From positions 1 through 35,921 of the forward strand of contig CAXGMD010000031.1 of the NCBI GenBank assembly GCA_964010765.1: 35,921 nucleotides of DNA, written 5' to 3'. Position 1 is the first letter of the stretch, and the number at the start of each line of letters is the position of its first letter. A model generated the notes under the pieces. The model was not told where the DNA came from. It saw only the letters and a program-made list of their open reading frames with translations, and did not search any database. The DNA is from an uncultured bacterium (GTDB taxonomy: Bacteria > SAR324 > NAC60-12). Shown piece after piece: positions 8,067-17,593 of this stretch. The position numbers and the translations under genes are program-made.

Positions 8067-8117
8067 GAAAGATCGAATGAAAGTGATTCTTGTTAACCAA
8101 ATTTAAAAAATTAGCAT

Positions 8118-8163
8118 ATACTAATAAAATTTATTTGCATTTATTAAAATCTTTTATTAGTAT
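8118..8163 (+). promoter_or_regulatory. Candidate sigma70 promoter and inverted-repeat operator upstream of the Fe(III) ABC operon
   Basis: TTGCAT (8135-8140), 17 nt, TAGTAT (8158-8163). A perfect 12-bp inverted repeat ATACTAATAAAA (8118-8129)/TTTTATTAGTAT (8152-8163) overlaps it. Confidence 0.5.
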
Positions 8164-8241
8164 CTTCAAATCTCCTTGCTTTAACATTTTTCTCGAGAAG
8201 CATTTTTTCCTTTCAAAGGATATTTTATTTAGGAGTCTACA

Positions 8242-9243
8242 ATGAAATTTCTCAAAATTTGCTTCATGAGCTTTTTTATTCTATTTCCCATGATTTTATC
8301 TGCAGAGGTAAATGTTTACTCCTACAGACAATCTTTTCTAGTAAAACCTCTGTTCGAAAAGTTCTCAGAACAGACAGGGATTGAGGTGAACACAATTTTT
8401 GCTTCAAAGGGCTTAATTCAAAAAATACTAATTGAGGGTAGGAATTCTCCGGCGGATTTACTTCTGACCTCCAATTCAACAAGATTGGTTGAAGCCAAAG
8501 AATTGGGCCTGACTCAGTCAATTCCGGATCAAATTTTAGAAGAAGCGGTCCCCTCGACATTCAGGGATCCGGCGGGGAATTGGTTTGGCCTGACAATCAG
8601 AGCTCGCCTTATCTATGCATCGAAGGAGAGAGTTCAAGAAAACGACATAACGTACGAGGAACTGACTTCCTCAAAATGGAATCGTCGGATCTGCTCACGA
8701 AGTGGTAAGAACGATTACAATATTGATTTAATCGCCTCCATGGTTGCTCATCACGGATTAGAAGAAACCAAATTATGGCTCAAAGGCGTGAAAGAAAATT
8801 TGGCTCGTCGGCCCCAGGGGAATGACCGAGCACAAGTGAAAGCCATCTATGTGGGACAGTGTGATATTTCACTAGGAAACAGCTATTACTTTGGAAAGAT
8901 GTTGGCCGACAAAGAGCAGCAAGAGTGGGCAAGGAGCGTTAAACTATTATTTCCTAATCAAGAAAATCGTGGAACCCATGTAAATATCAGTGGCATGGCG
9001 CTCACAAAATATGCTCCAAACCGAGAGGATGCGATCAAGCTAATGCGTTTTTTAGTGAGTGAGGAAGCACAAAAAATTTATGCCGAAGTAAATTATGAGT
9101 TTCCGGTCCGACAAGGAGTAGCTCTTTCTCCGCTGTTAAAACCATATGAGGGTTTCATCTCAGATAAAATACCGCTCATTGATTTTATTCAGTATCGAAG
9201 AGATGCTTCAATTTTGGTAGATCAGGTGGGATTCGACGAGTGA
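8242..9243 (+). CDS. fbpA: Fe(III) ABC transporter substrate-binding protein (FbpA/AfuA/FutA family)
   Basis: Signal peptide, VNVYSYRQ, SPADLLLT, RSGKNDYN, PQGNDRAQ, GNSYYFGKM (Tyr ligands), GTHVNISG and NYEFP. RBS AGGAG. Confidence 0.93.
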   Translation: MKFLKICFMSFFILFPMILSAEVNVYSYRQSFLVKPLFEKFSEQTGIEVNTIFASKGLIQKILIEGRNSPADLLLTSNSTRLVEAKELGLTQSIPDQILEEAVPSTFRDPAGNWFGLTIRARLIYASKERVQENDITYEELTSSKWNRRICSRSGKNDYNIDLIASMVAHHGLEETKLWLKGVKENLARRPQGNDRAQVKAIYVGQCDISLGNSYYFGKMLADKEQQEWARSVKLLFPNQENRGTHVNISGMALTKYAPNREDAIKLMRFLVSEEAQKIYAEVNYEFPVRQGVALSPLLKPYEGFISDKIPLIDFIQYRRDASILVDQVGFDE

Positions 9244-10928
9244 AAGAAGACTTAGTAATTCAACAGAATTCAATACTGAATTTTGTTTTTAAAAGCATAA
9301 CGATCTCAGATACGGAAAAAGTTTGGCAATACCTCAGTCTGTTGATCCTAGTCTTTTTGTCAGTTCCCATTGCATCAATTGTATTCATTAGCCTTGGTCA
9401 GTCTGGCGATCTATGGGGACACTTATTTGATACAGTTTTACCAAGATATATTCTGACTACTTTTTGGCTTATGATAGGTTCTGTCATTGGCGCATCCATC
9501 ATCGGAGTCAGTACTGCTTGGGTAACATCCGTTTATGATTTCAAGGGAAAAACTCTACTCAGTACATTATTGACGCTACCTTTAGCCATGCCTGCCTATC
9601 TAATGGCTTATGTTTGGACAGATCTCTTGGAGTATGCTGGTCCATTTCAAAATTCACTTCGTAGTTTTTTCCTTTGGAAAAGTTCTCAGGATTACTGGTT
9701 TCCTGAGATTCGGTCGCTTGGTGGAGCCATATTTCTTTTCAGTTTTGTGCTGTACCCATACATATTTTTTTTGGCGCGGACAGCTTTCCTAGATCATGCG
9801 CTGAAGACGCTTCGTATTGGTAAAATGCTTGGCCAGTCGACGTCACATGTCCTAATGACTGCAACTATCCCACTAGCAAGACCAGCAATAATCGTAGGGG
9901 CTTCTTTAGTGCTAATGGAAGTTCTTGCAGACTATGGAACTGTCAGTTTTTTTGGGATCAACACCCTCAGCAAGGGTGTATTTGATTTATGGCTAAATAT
10001 GAACGATCTGGCTGCTGCCTCTCAGCTTTCTCTAATTGTTCTTTTTTTTGTTTTTGTCCTTCTTGGATCAGAACGATGGAGCCGCAGAACCCAGAGATTC
10101 TCCTTAAAGCCTTTGGATAATAGTTCGCAAAAAAAAGAGCTTAGTTGGCAAATGACTCTTTTGGTTTGGTTAGGCTGTGCTGTTCCAATTGCGATTGGAT
10201 TCGTAATTCCCGTGATTACTCTTTTCAGCAAATCAATACTCAGCAAAAACACCTGGGAAATCCAGAAGCTTTGGGTAATTGTTCAACAGACAGTTTCACT
10301 TGCATTGATAGCATCTTGCGCTGCCTGTTTGGTAGCAATATTAATAGGCTTTGGAGTAAGGCTTCAGCGAGGGACTAGCACAAAGTGGGTGGCTCAGTTT
10401 GGGTCGATCAGCTATGCTTTTCCGGGCACAATTCTCGCGCTCGGAGTTCTTTGGCCACTGAGTTCAATCGACAATGCGACTGATCTTCTAATGGGGGAAT
10501 GGTTTGGGATTTCAAGCGGTTTATTATTATCCGGGACCGCCTTCGCTTTGGTTACTGCATACGTGATTCGATTTCTCGCAGTAGCATATGGCTCAGTTGA
10601 TAGCGGCTTTCAGGCAATTCCAAAGGCGATGGACAAGCTACCAAGGCTTCTCGGAAAAAAGCTTCGCTTTACGCTAGTTTCTATTCATCTACCTTTACTG
10701 AAATCGAGTTTAATGACAGCGAGCCTGATTGTGTTTGTTGAGGTCATGAAAGAACTTCCTGCAACACTAATTCTGAGGCCTTTTGGAGTAGAGACCTTAG
10801 CAACCCACGTTTATCAATATGCTTCTAGCGAACAACTTACTGCGGCTTCCCCAGCTGCTTTATTGATCGTCTTAGTTGGAGTTTGGCCCGTGTTGGTGAT
10901 TAATCGTGTGTTCTCAAAAAACCAATAA
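9240..10928 (+). CDS. fbpB: Fe(III) ABC transporter permease (FbpB/FutB, fused two-domain)
   Basis: PLAMPAYLMAY, LEYAGP, LYPYIFFLAR, MEVLADYG and VEVMKELPATLILRPF. GTGA overlap with the binding-protein gene. Confidence 0.93.
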   Translation: MKEDLVIQQNSILNFVFKSITISDTEKVWQYLSLLILVFLSVPIASIVFISLGQSGDLWGHLFDTVLPRYILTTFWLMIGSVIGASIIGVSTAWVTSVYDFKGKTLLSTLLTLPLAMPAYLMAYVWTDLLEYAGPFQNSLRSFFLWKSSQDYWFPEIRSLGGAIFLFSFVLYPYIFFLARTAFLDHALKTLRIGKMLGQSTSHVLMTATIPLARPAIIVGASLVLMEVLADYGTVSFFGINTLSKGVFDLWLNMNDLAAASQLSLIVLFFVFVLLGSERWSRRTQRFSLKPLDNSSQKKELSWQMTLLVWLGCAVPIAIGFVIPVITLFSKSILSKNTWEIQKLWVIVQQTVSLALIASCAACLVAILIGFGVRLQRGTSTKWVAQFGSISYAFPGTILALGVLWPLSSIDNATDLLMGEWFGISSGLLLSGTAFALVTAYVIRFLAVAYGSVDSGFQAIPKAMDKLPRLLGKKLRFTLVSIHLPLLKSSLMTASLIVFVEVMKELPATLILRPFGVETLATHVYQYASSEQLTAASPAALLIVLVGVWPVLVINRVFSKNQ

Positions 10929-10935
10929 GCCAATT

Positions 10936-13900
10936 TTACTGCAATTGAGCAAGATAAGCCTCAATTTGCAAAGCTGTTTTATTCGAAAGATCTCTGTATT
11001 GTTCTAAACCTTTGACTTCAGGATGCGCAGCAACCTCCTGATAATGCTGAAGTGCGTCAGGAAATTGTTCAAGCGTATGGTAGAGGGCGGCTAATTGATA
11101 ATGCACTAGAACAAACCATTGGGTATTTTTTGGGACGGGGCGGGCAACCAAAGACTCCAATCTCTGAATTGCACTATCGGTTTTGCCTGCTGATCCGTCC
11201 ATTTTGGCTAGCTCATAAACTGCAGCGATTTCTTCCTGACTTACTCCCCCTTGATCTACCTTTTCCCACCAAATTCTTGCAGATTCAGGGTTTTCTAGAA
11301 CAGTAGCGTAGTATGTCGCAATTTCAGAAGCAGAATTTTTCTTAACCTGTGGATCCTTAGATTTCTCATACCTTTGTGAATAAAACTCCACAAGTTCGGT
11401 GTAATTCCTTTGTTGCTGCAAGATTGACGAGACGCGGCCCACAGCCTGAGCTTCCAAAGTCAGATCAGCAGCGTTTTCAAGAACCTTTCGATAGGAAACC
11501 AGGGCCCCCGAATTATCACCAATCTGCTCTTTCAATGAGCCTTGCTGAATCAGAGCTTCAGCTGTTTCTGCACTTTCAGGATCTACTTTGCGCTGTAGAT
11601 CCCAAGTGGCTAAAGCCTCTTTCCAATTTTTCTGTCCAATTTCAGCTTGGCGCCAAAGGATTACCCAATCGACAGAGGCTTCAGCACCTTGTTTCTGCAG
11701 AAGAGGCTTAAGCTCTTTGCTAACATTTTTCCAATCTTGCTTATCAATATAATTTTGGATGCGCACTCCGAAAAGATATTGATCAATCTGTTCAACTTGT
11801 TGAGTTGCAAGCTTCTGATAATCTTTATTTTGATCTGTTGATTTTGCTTTAACAACCGCCTCATAGTATTTCCGAGCCTCAGACCACTTTTCCAACTGTT
11901 GAAGATCAGCTCCCAGCTGATAATTTGCAATAACTGCATAAACAGAATTCGGATCAGGTTTTCGCTTCAAGAGCTCCTTCAGCGTTTCAGAAGCTTTAGC
12001 AATATCTCCTTTCTTCCGAGCTTGATTCGACTTCTCCATCAATGCTGCAAGGTCAGCATCACTATTGCCTCCCTTGTCCAACTCTGCTAACCACTTCTGG
12101 GCTTTTGAATCATCCTTCAATGAATTCTGTGCGTAGTAAACAATTACCTCTGCACAAGCTTGCTTTGATTCTTTGGATTTCAGTTGCGGACAGGTTTTTT
12201 CATAAAGCCCTACGAGTTCTTTCACCTGCTTCGTTTCCTCAAAAGCTGGTCTAGCCTCATCAAGCAACTTTAGTCTTTCACTGTAGCTGTTTTTCGGTTG
12301 TGCGTTTATTGCTGCCTTATATAGCTCTGCAGCTGGCTGCCAACCTTGGAGTTGTCTTGTCGCCCGGGCTCGAATCAAAAGAGCTTCGGCAGTACTCGCA
12401 CGCTTCTTATCTTCTTGCTCTAAGAGTTGATAGGCCCTCAAGACACCTTTCCAATTTTGCTGCTTAATTTCGGACTGAAGAAGCATTGAAAAGTTTGATT
12501 CATCAAGCTTGATAGTGCCAGCCAGTTGCTCCTTTCTAATCAAATAAGATAAGCCCGCCCAATCTGCTTTTTTCTCCAACTCAATCAACTTGTCTGTGAC
12601 GTCTATTTGCTGAAGTGATTTCCACTGTCGCAGGGCGGCCTGCTTAAGCTCATTATATTCTTTGGGAGAATCGGCCTGGGCTACCAATAGAAATGATTGA
12701 GCCGCATCTTGATTCCGCTTGGATTGAAGGTGCAATTGCCCCAATCGGTAGTGCGCAAGTGTAAACCATGAGCTATTTTCAGTCGGTTTACGCATGAGAA
12801 TTTTCTGGAGAGCTCCTAATTCGATTTTTGAATTTTTCTCTGTTTTTGCTTGTTCAACCTGCCTCCACATTGCCTGCATCTCAACTTCAGAATTGCCACC
12901 CTTATCTAGCTTAGCTAGCCAGAATTTTTCATTGGCCCAGTCTTTCTTTTCAGCTGCTTCATTTGCTAATTTCTGAGCTAAGCTTAATTGTGCTTCAGGT
13001 GGTGTCTGTTGATAAGCGAGGCTTTGCCAACGATTTTTTTCTTTTGGGTCCTTTTGTCTATCTGCAATATATAGGGCCCAATTCACCTTATCGTTTGGTT
13101 CAGCCAATTCGTAGGCTTTCGAGTAAAATTCAAGTGCCTTCTGGGCCTGTTTTGCAGACTCTGCAGCTTGACCTCTGGCTTGGTAGTCAAAGATAGTTTT
13201 GACAGAGTTGGGATCAGTACTTTCCAATTGATCATAGACAGCCAATACTTCTGACCATCTCTTTTGCTCTTTCTCAGCCTCTAGCCAGGAGCGTAATAAA
13301 TTCACGTCTGGTTGGAGTGTACCGTCTTTTAAACCCTGCTTGGTCAGTTTGCTAACTAGTGGCCAATCTTTCTTGTCAATTGCATTCGCTAACTCTTGGG
13401 TTCCAAGATATTTTCGCAGTCCCAAAACTTGTGAGTCCACATAAGTCTTAACTTCAGCATTAAGATTTTTTGGATCAACCCGTTGAACTGATTGGTAGTA
13501 TTTTAAGGCTTCGGGCCAATTCTCTCTATCTTGATTCCAATCACCCAACCTTAGATATACTGGAACAAAGTTCTTAGAAGAAATCTTCAAATCAGAGGAG
13601 GTAGCTGGCTGCAAAATCTGTATGGCCTGAGCTTTATTTCCTTCCTGATTTAAAAGATCTGCTAAGCGCAATCTAGCCTGAACAGAAGTATCTCCCGCAT
13701 TGAGGTTCCCCATTTTAAGCAGCCACTCTCGCTCTAACTGCGAATCCTTACTTTGTTCACGTGCCCAATAGAGCATCAGGCCAGCGAGTTGCTTTTTAGA
13801 CTCCAGATCACTTATTTTCTCAAATTCTGATGTAACCAGTTTGGGAAATTCTGATTTGATCTCACGAGGATCCCTCTCAAAAACGTTTTGCAACCTGCCG

Positions 13901-16900
13901 ATTACCCACATTCTTTTCGGGCTATCTTTTATGGGTAATTTGGCAAGTGCCTGCTCGTAATACGCTCTTGCTTTGATCCATCCACCAAGTTTTTCTGCAG
14001 CTTCACCCTGAGCCAAAAGAGCATCTACTTTTTCAGCTTCTTCAGGCAAGGTGGTTTGTAGACGCCCATAAAGCTCAAGAACTTTTGACCAGTTTTGCTG
14101 TTTGGTCTCAGCTTGAACCCAAATTCCAAAAATCTCTTTATTGAAAGGAAGATTTCCAAGTCTCTCTTGTTCAGAGATAAACTTACTTACTTGCTTCCAA
14201 TTTTCATCATTCAACAAACTTTGTAGTTCTTGTTTGGCAATCACAGAATCCACTGAACGCAACATCTGCTGAGCATCGGTTGCCAAGTCAGAGTCTTGCT
14301 GCTGATTAGCAACCTGCTCTAAGTATGGTCTTGAAGCACTCCATTCTTTTCGATTCTGATGCAAAACTCCCAACTGGAAAGGAATTTGCCAAAAAAAGCC
14401 GCTGCTCGAGGGCACAGGCCGTTTTTCCAAATCTTTCAATCGATTCAACGCAGTATCTAAATCTTTATCTTTACGGTCTATATCGATCAACAACATGGAG
14501 GCCCGAAGGTCAGTATCATCAACACCTCCTAAGTCGGCGCGTTGTAACCATTCTGATGCCAGCTTCTTGTTTTGCAGTTTATCTAAACCAATTAAACCAG
14601 CTTTCAGAGCATATTGTTGACGAAATTTTGGAGATTTCTCTTGGGCATATAGATCTTCATAAATTTTCATTTGTTTCTGATAGTCATCTCCATTTTCGTA
14701 GAGAACTGCTAAGCGATTGGAAATCGCTGCAAACCGTTCATCTCCAGCCGCCATCTTTTTGATAGCACGCTCATAAAAAGTGATGGCTTCTTTCGGTCGA
14801 TTCAGACTCTCATTTGCCTCTGCCTGCCAGATCAAGTCTGCTGCACTTTCAAATTTGTTGGATTCTTTTCGTTGTAGCTCATTATATAGGTTCAGTATGC
14901 CAGTCCAGTCTTTTTGATTTTGTAAAGCTCCAACCCAGACATTTAACAAACGATCATCGACCTCAACAAGACCACCTTCCCAGTTTTGACGAATGAGATT
15001 ATCGACTCCTCTCCAGTCTTGTTGATGCTGAAGTTGAGCGATGTCTTCTCGAAATTGTTGGTTTCGTAACGCGTTGAATCGAAGTTTCGAGTTTTCGAGC
15101 AGTTCTTGCTGCTCTTGATCTGTAGAAGGTGTGTTTAGAACTCTTTCATAGCGAACAAGTGCTCCGGGAACATCATTTAATTGATCATAATGAATGGCTG
15201 ACTGGTAGCTTCCTTGAAAACGCAAACTCGGCTCTACCTCCTGTTGCGCAAGACGCTCCCAAATCGGAAGTGCTAACAAAGGCTGACCAGTTTTCTGATA
15301 AATACTTGCTCGCAAAACTGCAGCCCTCAGATCATTTGGGGTGTCACTACCAGTATCGGCCTCTGCCAACCACGGTAATGCCTGGTCAGCTTGCTGAAGG
15401 TCAATCGCTAGAACCTCTCCAAGTTGAAGTGCATAGTTTCGATACAGGAGTGAATTTTCAGGAAGCAAAGCCAACAGGTGAACTTTGTAGAGTGGTGGGA
15501 TTTTCTGTGGTTGCTTGCTAGCTAGGTAGATCTCAGAAAGGCGTCGTACCAATTGCTCTCTTGGTGGTTCGGCATTGTCCGGAAGAAGATACAGTGCCTG
15601 CTCAAGCAGTGTTATTTCAGTTTGTGGATTTCCAACCCTCCTTTCTGCATCTGCCCATTGAAGGAGATGATTCAGTGTTTTGCGAACAGAGCTTTCGGGC
15701 TGCTGATCCCACTTTAAATATGCTTTTCGCAGTCCGACCCAATCCTCTTCAATGCGAAGTGTCTCCACCCAAGTCTGCCAATCTTGATCCCGCAATAGAG
15801 AAGTCGACTGATTTGAAGCCCACTCAAATAGTTCAAGTTGTGCAGAGTTGTCCTGCATTTGTTGATTCGCAACCATCATTCCTCTAAAGGAACTTTCCTG
15901 ATAGTCGGGATCTTCAAGCAGTGTTTCAAAGTCCGTTCTAGCTAACCCCCATTGCTTTTCCTGTAGAAAGCACGATCCCCTCTGCCAAATCAAACGTTTA
16001 GCTTCGGGAATTGAAGAAGAATCCGAGATGGGCGCCAGTTCACTGAGGAGTTCAAGGCAGCGTTTTTCGTCATACTGCCTGTTGGACAATTCTTGTAGGA
16101 AACGAAGCTGGGTGTTTCTTTGGAACGAGTCATTGTTGTAGGCATCTCGCAGAATTTGTTCTGCGTTCTGTTTATTGCCTATCGCATCATATTGCTGAAC
16201 CAACATTGTCCAAAAGCCTGGTTCCGTTCGGTATCGCTCCTGACTTCGTAATGGCAATAACTGTTCGATGGCTAGTTTTGGTTCGTTTTGCCGGGCATAG
16301 AGCATTCCGAGCTCATAATGGGCCTCTTGCTGAAAGGCGTCATCTTTAGTTTTCAGGTATCGCTGGTAAGCGGTAACCGCTTGTTGAGGTTGGTCAATCG
16401 ACTGGTATAGCTGACCAAGCCGAAAGGCGGCAAGTGGACGATAATTACTATGATTCGTTGCAAGATACTTTTCGAAGCGGGGAACAATTTCTTTGACAAA
16501 TGCCGGATCCAGAGTGCCACTGTTCGAACTTGCTTCCAGTTGTTCTGCAGCGCGTTGGAAAGCCACCTCTCCCCACCAAAATGTGGCTTGAGCTCGATTT
16601 TCTGGGGGCAAATCCAATCTCGAAATCGAGTATTCTCCATAGCGTTGTTCTGCCTGAAGCCAATTCTTCTGACTTTGGTGAATTGTCGCTACACGATATC
16701 GAATATCCTCGGTTTCTTTAGATGGTTCTGCTGATTCAAGATAGTTTTCCCAAAAAGGGAGAGCTTCGTTAAACTGTTTGTTTTGGTAGAGGGTATAGCC
16801 AGCTTGGTAGTTTGAAATTTGTGATTCTTTTTCTGTCAGGCTATGTTGAAGAGCTTCTCGATGATACTTCGAAATTCGGGGCGCCAGATCGCTAGCTTGA

Positions 16901-17436
16901 GTGGAAGCGTTTTTATCCTGGTAACGGAGCATTCTTTGAAATAGTGCTTGGCCCATCAAATTTCTTGCGGGGCCATAAAGACTGGAAGAGGAAGGAATCG
17001 ATGAGAGGGTCTCTTCAGCTACCTGAGGACGATCGAAGCGAAAATGGATTTTGCCAAGCTGAAGGCGAGCAAAGTCTCCTTCCACATCGTTTGGATTTTC
17101 CTGAAGCCACTCTTCAAAAAGAATTTGAGCTTGGGGCCAATAGCTTTCCCCCATTTGAAGAAGGACTTCGCCCTCTAATTTCATGGCAACAAAGCGAAAT
17201 TCACCTTGGGGCTTGCTGGCGCGGTAGCATTGAAGATAATCGCGGGCACTTGTCAACAGCCCGTCTTCGATCATCTTCTCAGCGAAGGCAAATTGTTTTT
17301 TTTCGTTAAGGCCGTCGGGTAATCCACAGGCGGCAGAGGCCAATCCTGGCAAGGAAACCAAAACGCCCAGCCACAGGACCTTCCATTGAGGTGGCCAGTT
17401 CATCGGGTACCTGATTTTTGTTAGGTTATTGATCAT
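10936..17436 (-). CDS. Giant exported tetratricopeptide-repeat-like protein (2166 aa; start may be ATG 17403)
   Basis: Uninterrupted 6.5-kb ORF. Signal-peptide-like LWLGVLVSLPGLASA, many TPR-like helices (ARLQLGKIHF, AAFRLGQLY, AHYELGMLY, AHYRLGQLHL) and six ~274-aa super-repeats. Confidence 0.9.
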   Translation of the reverse strand: MINNLTKIRYPMNWPPQWKVLWLGVLVSLPGLASAACGLPDGLNEKKQFAFAEKMIEDGLLTSARDYLQCYRASKPQGEFRFVAMKLEGEVLLQMGESYWPQAQILFEEWLQENPNDVEGDFARLQLGKIHFRFDRPQVAEETLSSIPSSSSLYGPARNLMGQALFQRMLRYQDKNASTQASDLAPRISKYHREALQHSLTEKESQISNYQAGYTLYQNKQFNEALPFWENYLESAEPSKETEDIRYRVATIHQSQKNWLQAEQRYGEYSISRLDLPPENRAQATFWWGEVAFQRAAEQLEASSNSGTLDPAFVKEIVPRFEKYLATNHSNYRPLAAFRLGQLYQSIDQPQQAVTAYQRYLKTKDDAFQQEAHYELGMLYARQNEPKLAIEQLLPLRSQERYRTEPGFWTMLVQQYDAIGNKQNAEQILRDAYNNDSFQRNTQLRFLQELSNRQYDEKRCLELLSELAPISDSSSIPEAKRLIWQRGSCFLQEKQWGLARTDFETLLEDPDYQESSFRGMMVANQQMQDNSAQLELFEWASNQSTSLLRDQDWQTWVETLRIEEDWVGLRKAYLKWDQQPESSVRKTLNHLLQWADAERRVGNPQTEITLLEQALYLLPDNAEPPREQLVRRLSEIYLASKQPQKIPPLYKVHLLALLPENSLLYRNYALQLGEVLAIDLQQADQALPWLAEADTGSDTPNDLRAAVLRASIYQKTGQPLLALPIWERLAQQEVEPSLRFQGSYQSAIHYDQLNDVPGALVRYERVLNTPSTDQEQQELLENSKLRFNALRNQQFREDIAQLQHQQDWRGVDNLIRQNWEGGLVEVDDRLLNVWVGALQNQKDWTGILNLYNELQRKESNKFESAADLIWQAEANESLNRPKEAITFYERAIKKMAAGDERFAAISNRLAVLYENGDDYQKQMKIYEDLYAQEKSPKFRQQYALKAGLIGLDKLQNKKLASEWLQRADLGGVDDTDLRASMLLIDIDRKDKDLDTALNRLKDLEKRPVPSSSGFFWQIPFQLGVLHQNRKEWSASRPYLEQVANQQQDSDLATDAQQMLRSVDSVIAKQELQSLLNDENWKQVSKFISEQERLGNLPFNKEIFGIWVQAETKQQNWSKVLELYGRLQTTLPEEAEKVDALLAQGEAAEKLGGWIKARAYYEQALAKLPIKDSPKRMWVIGRLQNVFERDPREIKSEFPKLVTSEFEKISDLESKKQLAGLMLYWAREQSKDSQLEREWLLKMGNLNAGDTSVQARLRLADLLNQEGNKAQAIQILQPATSSDLKISSKNFVPVYLRLGDWNQDRENWPEALKYYQSVQRVDPKNLNAEVKTYVDSQVLGLRKYLGTQELANAIDKKDWPLVSKLTKQGLKDGTLQPDVNLLRSWLEAEKEQKRWSEVLAVYDQLESTDPNSVKTIFDYQARGQAAESAKQAQKALEFYSKAYELAEPNDKVNWALYIADRQKDPKEKNRWQSLAYQQTPPEAQLSLAQKLANEAAEKKDWANEKFWLAKLDKGGNSEVEMQAMWRQVEQAKTEKNSKIELGALQKILMRKPTENSSWFTLAHYRLGQLHLQSKRNQDAAQSFLLVAQADSPKEYNELKQAALRQWKSLQQIDVTDKLIELEKKADWAGLSYLIRKEQLAGTIKLDESNFSMLLQSEIKQQNWKGVLRAYQLLEQEDKKRASTAEALLIRARATRQLQGWQPAAELYKAAINAQPKNSYSERLKLLDEARPAFEETKQVKELVGLYEKTCPQLKSKESKQACAEVIVYYAQNSLKDDSKAQKWLAELDKGGNSDADLAALMEKSNQARKKGDIAKASETLKELLKRKPDPNSVYAVIANYQLGADLQQLEKWSEARKYYEAVVKAKSTDQNKDYQKLATQQVEQIDQYLFGVRIQNYIDKQDWKNVSKELKPLLQKQGAEASVDWVILWRQAEIGQKNWKEALATWDLQRKVDPESAETAEALIQQGSLKEQIGDNSGALVSYRKVLENAADLTLEAQAVGRVSSILQQQRNYTELVEFYSQRYEKSKDPQVKKNSASEIATYYATVLENPESARIWWEKVDQGGVSQEEIAAVYELAKMDGSAGKTDSAIQRLESLVARPVPKNTQWFVLVHYQLAALYHTLEQFPDALQHYQEVAAHPEVKGLEQYRDLSNKTALQIEAYLAQLQ

Positions 17437-17593
17437 TGAGGAGGATCAAGTCAAACTGCAACTCTAAGACCGATCTTCTCGATTTTCGCTCCACAAAACA
17501 GAAACGATAGACTTTGCAAAAATCTTTGGGAGCCTTTACGTGGAATTAATTCTAAAAATAACTTTAGCAATCCTTTAAAAGAATGCCAACCTG

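Noticed and set aside
11052..17309. Numerous antisense and alternative-frame ORFs within the TPR gene
   Set aside because: These are shadow ORFs of a long coding sequence with no independent signals.
17326..17403. Lipoprotein lipobox in the TPR protein (LASAAC)
   Set aside because: The -3 residue is Ser rather than Leu/Val/Ile. SPase I cleavage after ASA is more plausible.
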